A DNA stretch of 38,336 nucleotides from Intoshia linei (GCA_001642005.1 LWCA01000229.1:1-38336); one strand, 5' to 3'; shown: positions 12,857-24,414, counted from the stretch's first letter. Notes: generated by a model not told the origin, from the letters alone. A program made the numbers and translations.

Positions 12857-13158
12857 TTTCGAATCTTGTTAAATATATATTATATGCAATGTTTAACTAT
12901 GTTGTTAATTTCTATGCATATTTCATTTCAGAATTGGACAGTGTAACAAAAATATTTGTTAATTTATTAATGATTTTTTCATTTTATAAAGTTTGACCTT
13001 AATATTAACAAAATTTGAAATTTTTTCTATATTAAAATATTAAAACAAAGAAACAATTTAAAATTTATAAAATCTGTTTACTGATTCACGAAATTTTAAT
13101 TTTTTTGTTATAAACAAAATACATTTAAAACTTAAATTAAATGCATCAATACGTAGTA

Positions 13159-13616
13159 CAGTTAAAGTCTTTATTAACGGAAGTGAAAAGTCCGTATTTC
13201 CGTTAATATGTAATTTACTTCATAGTAACACCCTAGTTAACGGAATTTAATTTTTTTAAATAAAAACCAATAACTGGTCACATTTTTGTTATTATGAGTT
13301 TTTGAATAATACATGACCAAGTAATATGCAAAAACATTATCAACGGGTCTACATCAGTTTTTTTGGGTCCATGAAAAATTTTATAAATTTTAAATTATTT
13401 ACAGATATAAAATAGTTAAAAATGAATTGACTTCTAATTAGTACAAAAATGAGTTGCTATTTATGATTCTCTTAAAAATATATTCTAGAGCTTTAGAGAT
13501 AAAATTATTATTAACGGAATTTTTGATTCATACAAATTCGTTAAAAAAATAAATATTTTTAAATTCCGTTAATATGGAATTTCCGCTAACAAAAATTCCA
13601 ATAAGGACTTGGACTG
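13159..13616. mobile_element. Tc1/mariner-pogo type MITE
   Basis: TA|CAGTTAAAGTCTTTATT ... AATAAGGACTTGGACTG|TA termini, with multiple internal TTAACGGAA/TTCCGTTAA motifs. Confidence 0.7.
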
Positions 13617-14194
13617 TATTACTAAATTATCTAAATTTTAATAAATTACCGTTTGTGTAATCGAAAGCACTATTGTTCATAATTATATTGTAAATTATAT
13701 AGGGCTTGATGTAGGTAATAGTTAAATTCAAACTATAACCTATTTAAAAATGAATGTTCTATTAAACCTATTTATGTTTTATTGAAACGAGAATTAAAAA
13801 TTTTTTTAAATTGAATTTTGAATTGCTACCAGTTATTGACATTTATCAGTACAGGATATACATTTACAGTATAATGAGTTATAGATGTCAATATAACAAT
13901 ATAATTACAGTCTTGTAATATCTTTCATGCATTTATGATAAATTTTATCTAATGTAGTCTTTTTCTTTACTACATTTGTATTGCATGATTCAGTAGTGAT
14001 AAATACGGGACCTTAAAAAGGTAAATTCTTTTGAAAATTCGGTTCTGATCTTAAATTTTTTGATGATCATGATCACTGATAACAGTAATAATGAGTATAT
14101 GCTTATTTTTATAAAATAGAATCAAGATAAAAATATGTATTAACAAATAAGTACACAATATTTATAAATATACTTTGATGAAATTTGAAAAAGG

Positions 14195-14548
14195 TTAAAA
14201 CCTAGATAGAACTACAGACAGCACTGTAATAAACATAATTAGAAAAACGATTAATCCTACGATAGATATTATTTTGGATAGTTTTGTCTGTCTTTGTTGA
14301 ATGTAACCTACATTTACATGTTATAAGTATATTATAATTATAATTAGTAGAATCAAACCATAATCATGTGTAATTGGTGTAGAGATTGCTTCATCAGGAT
14401 TCAGTATTGGTGTTATTGTTTGAACCGGATTTGTTGTTAATATCGGATTCTGTTGGACAGGTTGATATGATTCCAATGGAGGAATGTTTTGTATTCCAGG
14501 TGGGTAAACATTTTCAATAGGAGCAGCAACTGGTAGAGGAGTAATCAT
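14195..14548 (-). CDS. Dispanin-derived single-TM protein B (100 aa), exons 14548-14359 and 14307-14195
   Basis: A Pro/Gln-rich N-terminus splices through a 51-nt phase-1 GT-AG intron to GYIQQRQTKLSKIISIVGLIVFLIMFITVLSVVLSRF*. The TM segment resembles ISIVGIVISI of paralog A. The first CD225 hydrophobic segment is absent. Confidence 0.65.
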
Positions 14549-15198
14549 ACTTTTAAAATCATACTATAGGAAAAAAAGTGAATAAAATCAATGTTTTTAT
14601 CTCTATGAAAATGTTAGTTGCGTATTTTTCGCAAGGTATACATGTATTATGTAGTTGTTTTTAAAGTTAATGGTCTCATTTCAGTGTTTTATAATTCTAC
14701 ATGCATTTTAACTTGTTATGATTTTCTTTTATTTGTAAAATGTGGTTCCAAATATTTAAAAAAGTAAATAGATATCAAGCTTGAATGATATGTACTAGCT
14801 CTGCTAGGGCGGACTTTTTTAATTTTACCAAAAAAATAAATTCAATAATTATTGTAATTAATATTTTATTATAATCAAATATTACTTAAAAATGCAACTA
14901 TGCACTATTACCAACCATTAAAGAAGTGGTTCAAAAAAGTTTTTTATTTTTTCACATTTGACCGGTCAATTTAAAGTGAATTATTCCACTTAATTTTATT
15001 TATATATATTATTGGAATATCTTATGAAAAAATAATAATTTTGTTTGATTAAGGTTAGGAAAATATTTATGTATACTTAATGGATCTGCGAATCTAAAAA
15101 GATGAGAAATTATTCCCCAACCATATGATTAGATTTTTAATAAATGTTGATATAATAAAAAAATTTAATATTATAATTTATCAAGTTTCACAATTTTA

Positions 15199-15747
15199 TT
15201 AAAAGGTAATATTGTTAAGATCTAAAAAGAGATTTAAATTTGGTGTCGTAGTTGTTTCAATAATTTCAACTGTTGGGTAAATCCAATCTGTTAAATATAT
15301 GGCATAAAAAACCATAAAAATTGCAATTAATAATGTTAAAAATATTCCAGTAATAGATAAATACAATGATATTCTTCCTTTGAATTTCGCTTCTTCTATT
15401 AAATTTTTATTCTTGGCATTGATTGATAAAACGGAAAATATTATAGCGATTATACCAAAAAAAATGTTGATTAGAATAGTGACAAAAATAGCCAGATAAA
15501 TAAAACTACAAGGGAAATCCACGTTTTGCATTACAATTAATTTTGTTCTATTTTTTGGCGCGCTCGAAAATTCATTACTTTGAACATGTTGAGGTGGAAT
15601 GTCATTGTAATCATCATAATTTTCGACGACTTGTGAATTTTGCACATTGGATACCTCAAAACTATTTTGGTTTGTTGCAATTCTTCGAGGTTCTTTAAAA
15701 GTTGTTGGTGTTTGCTTTATATTAAAAGTTGGACTCACATCAACCAT
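15199..15747 (-). CDS. CD225/dispanin family membrane protein C (182 aa, intronless CDS)
   Basis: FIYLAIFVTILINIFFGIIAIIFSVLS...AKFKGRISLYLSITGIFLTLLIAI is closely similar to paralog A, but the CC pair is replaced by LI. Confidence 0.9.
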   Translation of the reverse strand: MVDVSPTFNIKQTPTTFKEPRRIATNQNSFEVSNVQNSQVVENYDDYNDIPPQHVQSNEFSSAPKNRTKLIVMQNVDFPCSFIYLAIFVTILINIFFGIIAIIFSVLSINAKNKNLIEEAKFKGRISLYLSITGIFLTLLIAIFMVFYAIYLTDWIYPTVEIIETTTTPNLNLFLDLNNITF

Positions 15748-16558
15748 TGTTCAGCAAAGTCAATATCAAAATATAAAATTTTCAAATAATTATAATCATT
15801 ATTGCGTATATTCCTAGAATGTTAAAAAGTGTGTTAGTATTTGAATTGTTTGAATTCATCTCAATTGTTTATATATTCACTTTTGTTGTAATACATAAAA
15901 ACGCAATTTTAACAATAAATAAAAATAATTGCTTTTTTTATGATATAATAATCAAATTCCATTGTTAGTATTCTATATTTTATTTTATCAAGGTTTACTG
16001 GTGTGTAATGACTTTAAATTGTACTGAATCACTTTAATAACACATATATTGGTTATAAAGTTGTGTAGTATTAATAAAAATTTTTAACCTGAGTTAAAAC
16101 GTGAAAGTCACACAATAGAAAATGTTATAGCTGTTTTGGGTAATACTTTTCTTTTAAAATATTTTTCAACTGAAAAACGGTTTCCCGAGATTAATTTATT
16201 TTAAAGATTAGATTGATATCTACATGTACTGTATAGATCAGATGTTCTGCATAATGGACATTTTTTTAAACAACAAAATAAGTATATCATAGTATTGAGT
16301 CAATACTATTGACCCTTTACATGGTGTTGTAATAAGTAAGATGAATGTTGTGAAACCAAGTAAAAAGTGAAGTGATTAAATTTAATGCACTCGCAATGTT
16401 TTGTTGTATTGTTATAAAGTAATGCATAAATCAAACTGATATAAATTTGTTTCTATTGCTGTTAGATATATAATCAATACATATAGGTTAATAGTCGCCT
16501 GGATATTAAATGGTAGCATATATAAAATAAATTGAGCTGTATTACAGATACTGAAACA

Positions 16559-18976
16559 ATGGTATGGATGACAAAATATTTTAAAATATATGCCTAGGGA
16601 AATGAGCAATCCATGAATTACCTGGAAATGAATTTTCATCGTATTTACTCCTTCACTTGTAAAATTAAGAATAAACAGGTTTTTAGTTGAGGCTGACGAA
16701 ATTAAAAGACTTGGAAAAAGATTTAGGAAATTAGATATAGATAATTCCGGAACTATTAGCCGGGAGGAATTTATGTCTCTTCCAAATCTTACTCAGAATC
16801 CCATTCTAAATCGTGTCATTTCCATTTTTGACACTGATGGCGATGGCGAAATTGATTTTAAAGGTAAAACTTGATTTAATGGAAAAATTTTATTTTATTA
16901 TATAGAATTTGTTCAAGGAGTTTCCAAATTCGGTATCAATGGGGGAGAAAAAGAAAAACTTAAATGTATTTAATATTTAAAATTGAATACTTTACTTATT
17001 AGTTGCATTCCGAATATATGACTTGAACAATGATGGGTACATAACCAATAATGAATTATTTAAAGGTTTACATTTTATATATATTAAACTATAGTCAACA
17101 AAAATCCTTCTTTATGAAACTTAGTACATTTGGTGTAGTTTTTTATTGTAATCATGATGTATATATTCTTATGAAAAGTTAGGTCGGTCCGAAACAATGG
17201 TTAACGAAAACAAGGTAATAAATCATCAACTTTGTTTTTCACTTTTTTGCTAGTTTAAATATATTAAATTAAATATTTTTAATATAATTTTTAACTGTTA
17301 CCTGTAGACTAAATCTACAGACTGTAGTACACCTGAAATAAATACATTTTGTTAAAATCAAAATCTTTCTTTACGAAACCTATTTTAAATGGAAGAGAAT
17401 TAAAAAGTATGATTACAAAATGTTTACTCGAAATCATTTATCGAATTTCGTTTAGATCTGAATCGAGCGTAATTCATGAATGAATGATGAAATTTTAAAA
17501 AGATAAAAATAAGTAACATTAAAAATAGTTTATTTACAAATATTTAGAATTCATAACTTTACACTCAAATTTTTGAATTGTAAATTTTGATTTTTACTAA
17601 AAATGGTTGGATTTAAGTAGACACCCAATTTAAAACAAGCTATGTGGAATTGCATTGTATTTATTACACCACATGTCATTTTTGCACTAATGTATAAATT
17701 AAGCTAATAACTTATAGATTGTTTAGTTAGAGCAGTGTTTCTCAACCTTTTTTACTGCGCGAAACCCTTATGAAATTTCAAAAAATCGCTCCACCTAAAA
17801 GCATAATCAAAATTTTTTTTTCACATGTCCCATATATAAAACAATTTGATTTTTAATAAAAAAATTACGCTTCTAATATTGAAAACATAAATTTTTTAAT
17901 AAAGAAATTTATTTTTTCTTCTCAATGAGAAATTTAGGCCTGATATTTTTTACAGAGGTTTTTAATTCTTTGACGTGTTTTTGAGAGACATATACGAGGT
18001 TCTTCTTCTACCGACAGTAGCTTTGCCCGGTTTCTTATGCTTAATTGTTATCAATGCAAGTAAGCTTATAATTTGGATCTTTCCTATATATAACATTAAT
18101 CCATTGTATGACTTGTTTTGATCAAGATAAGTACTGAATATATTAAAATGCAGAATTAAATCATAGGAAATCAGACAAACTGGCATAGAATAAATATTTT
18201 TAAATTCTAAAAAAGGCAATTTAAAATAAACACAAAAAGTATTTTAATTAAGTTGACCGATCGTATTTATCTTAATTAAAAAAGCATATCAAAATATGAT
18301 TTTTGGTTTTATTAATTTAGAAACTTTTCAATTTATATTTTTTAAATTTATTTATTTTGAACCACTTTAAATTGAAAAATATCGCATTTATATTTCTCGG
18401 AACCCCAATTTAATTTCGCGGAACACGGGTTAAGAACCACTGAGTTAGAGTGTTAAATAATTAACTATCGCAAGGCTTTTTTGATATTCAAATTCGTCGA
18501 TATTATTTATCGTACAGGCTTTTGCGATATTATACTCATGAATTCTCAAAGATTTAATTGTAATTTCTGCCCTTATCTGACCTAAACTCTTTCTGTGTGT
18601 AATATCATTAAAACCGTGAACAAAACTACACCAGAAAAAATCAATAGTATAAAAAAAGATTTTTGAGTGTTAACTAATGTTATATTACAATATAATTGAA
18701 AATTTAGTCCTTAAAATGATGGTTGGTAATAATCTACAGGACACTCAATTACAGGTTTTTAAATATAAATTGTTTCATTTTTTACAACTATTTTAGCAAA
18801 TTGTTGACAAAACTATAATATACGCTGATAAAGATGGAGATAATAAAATATCCTTTGACGAATTTTATGATGTAATTTTAGAAATCATTTAAATTTCCTT
18901 TTAGTACTTTGTAATGTCTTTTTAGCTTATTGCGCAAATGGAATTTCATAAAAAAATGACAATACGTGGAGTTTAA
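16559..18976 (+). CDS. PPP3R1: Calcineurin regulatory subunit B; ATG-only first coding exon (16559-16561), last exon 18926-18976
   Basis: MGNEQS myristoylation start, [21 protein letters not shown], and four EF-hands (including [39 protein letters not shown]). Also [23 protein letters not shown] and HKKM. Introns are canonical. Confidence 0.97.
17093..18677. mobile_element. Possible old outer TIR element filling the large calcineurin B intron
   Basis: Degenerate inverted ends: TAGTCAACAAAAATCC...TGGTGTAGTTTT versus AAAACTACACCA...AGATTTTTGAGTGTTAACTA. Confidence 0.4.
17733..18442. mobile_element. hAT (Buster/Charlie-like) non-autonomous element
   Basis: TIR CAGTGTTTCTCAACC / GGTTAAGAACCACTG with a perfect 8-bp TSD AGTTAGAG (17725-17732, 18443-18450). 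Confidence 0.92.
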
Positions 18977-19259
18977 TGACACTGCATTTACATTTCAAGA
19001 CAGCTGAATGTCTACATTTCATTATTTATTGTAGTAAACGTTTTAATTCATATCATATTGATTTCAAAATTAATTTCAATCGGACATTATTAGTGATTGT
19101 TACATTTTCAATGTGTATCATCCCCGAACATAGACATCGTATCGTATCATGCATGGACAAGGGTGGTTTATTTTCTGGTACCAGCAAAATGTTTTAAATA
19201 TATAAATGACTAATTTCTAAAATTTAAACCGAATACAATGATTCTTGTGAGTCTCACTT

Positions 19260-19520
19260 TTTACTTACATGGCTAAAATTGGTATTTTATTTTGATGTTG
19301 GATTAATGGTTTTTTATCGTAAGATTTAGTAAAATCGAATTTTTTCAAACATATCGAAATGGATTTTTGTCTTAACTTACGGCTTATTGTTGGTAAGATT
19401 GTATTTTTTATTTTGGGTTGAATTAAGAGGTTTTCTCCTAAGTTTAAGGACTTAAGATATAAGAAAAAGTGGTTTTTACCTAAATGGCTTAAAATTGTAT
19501 TTTTTATTAATGGGGGATAA
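19260..19520. repeat. Degenerate tandem repeat (about 3 units)
   Basis: Recurring (GGCT)AAAATTG(G)TATTTT(T)TATT...TTAA..GG motifs about 100-120 bp apart. Confidence 0.4.
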
Positions 19521-20353
19521 AATCCAAACATCTGGAATCTTTGCAATAATGTACTTTATAAAAACAAACTAATTTTCTAATTTTGATGGTAATAAAACCA
19601 ACAATCTAGTAACGCATTTGTGTATGGATTAAAGACTTAAAATATTATGCATAATTTATCAACGAAAATAAAATGTATCTTTCAATCTCAAACACTAAAA
19701 TTTTTATTCTGAATCCAAAAGAGAAATTTATGAGGTCTATAAAGTATACGCGTGTTACAATTATAATTGTAAAAGCTTTGCGAAACATTAATTAAATAAT
19801 GATATACATGAATTAATCACATTCATTAACAGTTTGTAATCAGTAACTGAATGTAAACATGATTATAAATGAATTAACATTAATTCATGAAGATGAAAAT
19901 AGCAATGTAAAACGATTAAAAATTCAGATTCCAAGCAACTCCTTTTAAGTCTTAGCCTACGAAAAAAATTTTTAAACTCTTTCTAATTTAGCACTTACAA
20001 AAAAATATGTTTTTTTTGTATTAACGAAATCAATTATTATTTGGTACCCTTGTAAAAACAATTACTTTACTAATAACAGTAATATATTTTAATATTATAA
20101 TACAGGTCAATAATCTGATTCAATATTCATCCATGAATGAAGTTTTCTACTTTCATCGGTTCATTCACAAATTTGCAAAGTATGATGTGAATGTTTGTAC
20201 TATGTACATATAAATAATGACCATGTAAAACAGTGATTCCTCAATGAAGACCCGCAGGCCAATAGATACATATGAAAAGAATTTAAAATTTCAACATTGA
20301 TCTAAGAATGCAAAAAAATCATGTATTGACAAGATTTTAGTAATACTTGTGAC

Positions 20354-20998
20354 CAGGGCCGTTGTTGGAAATTGTTGTAAAAAATGGTACCTCTATACCA
20401 GTGTTTCCCAACCTTTTAAGTTTCATGCCCCACTTTTATCCTTATGAAATTTCTACGCCCCACCATAAGTTGTAACAAATATTTCCATGTAGTGTCCTAA
20501 CAGAATTTATGTTTATATATTACTGCGCAACGAACTGGGATAACAAGATAAATTAAAATTTAATATACCTAAATGTAACATACAATAAACCGAATTAATT
20601 TGTGATTTTTGAGTTATAACTTTAAAGTTAATTGTGATAAATTCCTAATATAAATGTGTAAGTAATGATCACTGATCATTATTGTAATCAAAACCGCATG
20701 TAAAAATACCTCTAAAAATATATTATACCTCTAAAAATATATCTAAATTTTAACAAAAATTGAGCTTATCAATGAATTTGTAACAATAGAAATCATTGAT
20801 AACTAATCAAATATTTTGTTTTCTAAAATTTTCATAAGCCCACGTTGGGAATCACTGCTCTATACACTGCCTAATCGATTGTTCATTATCTAAAAATGAA
20901 AAATAACCGTTGGAAATTGCATTGGTTATCAAAATATCAAAAGAAATTTTATATTACCTATTAATAAATGAAAAAAGTAGGCCGTTTCAACGGTCCTG
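20354..20998. mobile_element. Middle hAT MITE of the triple nest
   Basis: TIR CAGGGCCGTTG / CAACGGTCCTG; TSD CTTGTGAC / CTTGTGAT (7/8). Confidence 0.85.
20399..20857. mobile_element. Inner hAT MITE of the triple nest
   Basis: TIR CAGTGTTTCCCAAC / GTTGGGAATCACTG; perfect TSD CTCTATAC. Confidence 0.92.
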
Positions 20999-21564
20999 CT
21001 TGTGATTAATTGGAAATTGACCCGCGAAAAAATTAAAGTGAAATTATCACTTCGTGGCAAATGACTTTTGAGAACAACTGGTGTAAAATAAAATGTTGAC
21101 TGGTTATAGTTTAATTTTTAACTCGATATATAAGATGTTAATAGTCTTTTCTCAATTTACTAAAAAACCTTTTAATTTTATTACGAAACCGTTTTAGTGA
21201 ATTTAAAAAATAATTCTTCTAGCAACCCTAGGGTAGTTATCACGATTAAGAAACTGTTCTAATATATTAATGGATTATTTTACTACTTATGCCGATAGTC
21301 GTCAAAGTGGTTCATATGGATTATGGATACACAATTTTGTAGATAATTTGATAATTTCCGTTACTTCGACTCGAAATTATTCTGAAATATTAAGTGAGTT
21401 AACATTATGCCGAGTCAAATAAAAAATCCAAACATCCCGATTAAATGTTTTTCTGAACATTTTGTCAAACGATGGGGCACAACTAAATTGTTACATAAAA
21501 ATATGCGACCATTATTTGTAAATCATTGTAAAGTTTTAATGGACATTTTGATTAATTGATACAA

Positions 21565-22957
21565 CTATAATTCGTCCTTATCATTTTCTTCACTGTCACC
21601 ATCCAAAACATCATCTTCCAATTCTTGAGTTTGTGAATCATCGTCCGATGGAATATCATCAACATCTTCAGAATCGTCTGATTCCTTTGGTTTATCTTTT
21701 TCTGCTGCTTTTCTTTCAGCCTCTTCTTTGGCTTTTTCTTCGTCGTAAATCTTTTTTTCAGCAGCGCGTTTTTCATTTGCAACGGCAATATGATCTTCGG
21801 CGTCAATCTCGTCGTTCGAAATAATAATAGAATCAAATCTGGATCCTGATTTTACTTGCCAAATTTCTATAGCTGCAACACCTAAATCTTTAAATCTTCC
21901 CAATGAATCATCAAATACGTATTCCGGGTTGTCAATTTCAGGATGAACCCATGGTCCTTTGTAATCTGGATTTTTTATTTTCTTTGCTTTCCATTCTCCC
22001 TAGAATGAAATATAAAAATTTAAATAAATAAATGCATGCCTTGTAATTGACATTTTCAATCATGGGGGGTTCCCATTCAGGGTCATCATCATCCCAGTCT
22101 TCAGGTTTGGTGGCTTCAGGGTCAGGAATCTTTTCTGGTTGATCCCAATCATCTGGTTTTTCGTCAGTTACGTCATCAATCATTTCATCATCGACCCAAT
22201 CGTCTGGTTTAGAAACGGAAGGATCCTTAATCATTTTAGATGGAAGGACATCAAAGTCATCTTCAATATTTCCTTCTTTCATTAATTCTCCATCCACCAA
22301 TACTTTGTATCGGTGTAACGGAGATAATACTAGAGTGTAGCTGTGAGTAAATGTATCGTGCTAAAAAAAATTATATAAACTTTAAAAAATTAGTACTGGG
22401 CAAGGAATATTGTGTTTGATCAAATGATTTTTATCATTATAATTGATTATAAGATGAACTTTTTTTGTTTCACCTCCGCATATATCGGGTCCAAACATGA
22501 TACCATATGGAGAGTCTCCATTGATGCTCTTTTGGTCGGTATCTGACGACATGATTTTGAGGTATCCACCTCCACAGTCAATTTCTTGAGGATGGGCAAC
22601 GGAATAATGAACAACCAAGTCATTTTCTAGATTGTTTATACTTTCATCAAATTTAGCAGATAGTCTGAAAAATTTGGCATCACCGACAGTCGTCAATTCT
22701 AGATTTAAATATACAAATCTAAAAAAAATACAAACCAAAATCACTCGTATCTTGTGTATATTTATTATGGTTTAATGAGAATGTTCCAAGATTATCACCA
22801 GATTCAGAGCTTACCCAATTATCCATGTCTAAATTTTATTTATTTCAAAAAATGTTATAATACCTTTGAACTGTTCTTGAAAAAAGATTTTTGACATGGA
22901 ACGAGTAATCAAACTTAAACATAGTGTGAAAATAAGGCTTTTAAATTTTATAAACAT
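21565..22957 (-). CDS. CALR: Calreticulin, exons 22957-22864, 22828-22745, 22698-22397, 22360-22040, 21999-21565
   Basis: Signal peptide, IDCGGGYLK, IMFGPDICG, P-domain repeats (KPDDWD, KPEDWD), IWQVKSG, an acidic tail and terminal KDEL. The last intron is GC-AG. Confidence 0.98.
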
Positions 22958-23008
22958 TATCTCAATCACTTCTCAGAATAAAATGGAGTAATTTATTAAA
23001 AATGTGTA

Positions 23009-23018
23009 TGACGTGTCA
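23009..23018. promoter_or_regulatory. UPRE/CRE-like bZIP site (TGACGTGTCA)
   Basis: TGACGTG core about 50 bp upstream of the calreticulin ATG; resembles XBP1/ATF6/CREB3 sites. Confidence 0.55.
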
Positions 23019-23063
23019 CTAAGTTAATTTTAATTTTCAATGTAACGCATAGTTTTATTATAT

Positions 23064-23082
23064 CGTGGACAGATTTTATTGG
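23064..23082 (-). promoter_or_regulatory. ER stress response element (ERSE) CCAAT-N9-CCACG
   Basis: The minus strand reads CCAAT AAAATCTGT CCACG, the exact consensus and spacing. It points toward calreticulin, about 110 bp from its ATG. Confidence 0.8.
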
Positions 23083-23346
23083 TTGTTTTACTAACCGAAA
23101 TAGAAACTATATTTACAGTTTATCTTTAAATTACTATGATAACATAAATTTTAAAAATACATTAGTATTTTTTGGTTAATTGTAATTATTATTTCATTAA
23201 ATTTGTCATATCACTAAAGTGCAGAAATCTATTACTCTATATTTAATGTCATTAATAGTGGTGAATTAGAACTAATATAAATCCAAGCAACGAGACGTCA
23301 ATATGTAGTTAATCTTTATTGATTTTTTGTATTATTTTATCCAGAA

Positions 23347-24241
23347 ATGTCGATGCAATCGGGGCGATATGATATTTTCCCTTCGCGTTTAGCTTGCATA
23401 ATTATGAAAAATCGTCTTAAAAATGCCGATAAGGGACGGTCACTTTTAAAAAAAAAATCTGATGCCTTAACTATAAAATTTCGTGCTGTAATCAAAGAAG
23501 TAATTTTAACTCAATTTAAATAAAAATATTCAAGATTGTTAAAGAAAAACAAGCTGTAGTCGAAAAAATTGTTGCTGCGTCAATTTTATTTTCCGAAGCT
23601 AAATTTACCTCTAGCAATGTTATCAACGTTGTAGTTCAGAAAGTAACTAAAGCACAACATAAAGTAATTTAGCTTATTTCGCGTAAAATTTAAGAGTAAA
23701 TGAATCTTGAATTACATTTTAATTCTAGATTGAAGTTAAGAAATCCTTTATAGCCGGAGTAATACTACCGGTTTATCGAACTTCTATGGAAGGAAAAAAT
23801 GACATGTTTAACCTTACGGGTTTGTCCAGAGGGGGGCAGCAAATTGAGCAATTAAAGGTTTTAAATCTCAAATGAAATTTCAACTATTTCTAGAAAACCT
23901 ACATAGTGATGATTAAGAAATATGCTCATATCGGAGGTTTACAAGTATCGTACCTAACTTTGGATCATGTTATAAAATTAACAAATCGGCGAGTTAATGC
24001 TATTGAAAATATTATTTTACCTAAAATTGAAAAAACTATTAGTTATATAAATAGTGAACTGGACGAACGTGATCGGGAAGAGTTTTATAGAATGAAAATG
24101 ATACAATCTAAGAAAACCAAATTGGCAGAGAAAAAAAGGAATTTGATGAAAACCAGAACTCAAGAATGGCGTCAAAGTGGCATTGAATCTCCTAAAAATA
24201 TATTAGATAATAATGTCGATGACGATATTTTACCAATATAG
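23347..24241 (+). CDS. ATP6V1D: V-type ATPase V1 subunit D, exons 23347-23499, 23535-23663, 23729-23857, 23894-24241
   Basis: IFPSR...[56 protein letters not shown] and a DDDIL terminus. A probable 40-nt 5'UTR intron lies at 23305-23344. Confidence 0.97.
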
Positions 24242-24414
24242 ATTAATAAACTTTCCATTACATTTCAGGTATATTTCATGCTAGATAAATAGTAGACTCG
24301 GTCATGTGACCCTTACCTACTCTACCTCTCCACGACCCTGATGATGACAAGATATACAATAAAATTTAATTTCGTTCCATAAATGTGGATGTCTGTAATT
24401 TTCTGCTTATTATA

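Larger units (their letters stand above)
20231..21080. mobile_element. Outer hAT MITE of a triple nest
   Basis: CAGTGATTCCTCAA / TTGAGAACAACTG ends; TSD ATGTAAAA / GTGTAAAA (7/8). Confidence 0.75.

Noticed and set aside
13160-13610. Regularly recurring TTAACGGAA motifs as a CRISPR-like array
   Set aside because: Orientation is mixed, spacing is irregular and the motif is short. The context is eukaryotic and bounded by MITE TIRs.
17962-19546. ORFs 17962-18219, 18976-19197 and 19265-19546
   Set aside because: They lie in a MITE, a 3' UTR and a degenerate repeat; the composition is AT-driven and no motifs are present.
21552-21836. Alternative-frame and antisense ORFs over the calreticulin tail (21552-21836, 21633-21824)
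   Set aside because: They are by-products of the low-complexity acidic coding sequence.
24337-24365. CTGATGA motif as a hammerhead or C/D snoRNA element
   Set aside because: There is no stem II/GAAA partner and no properly arranged C and D boxes.
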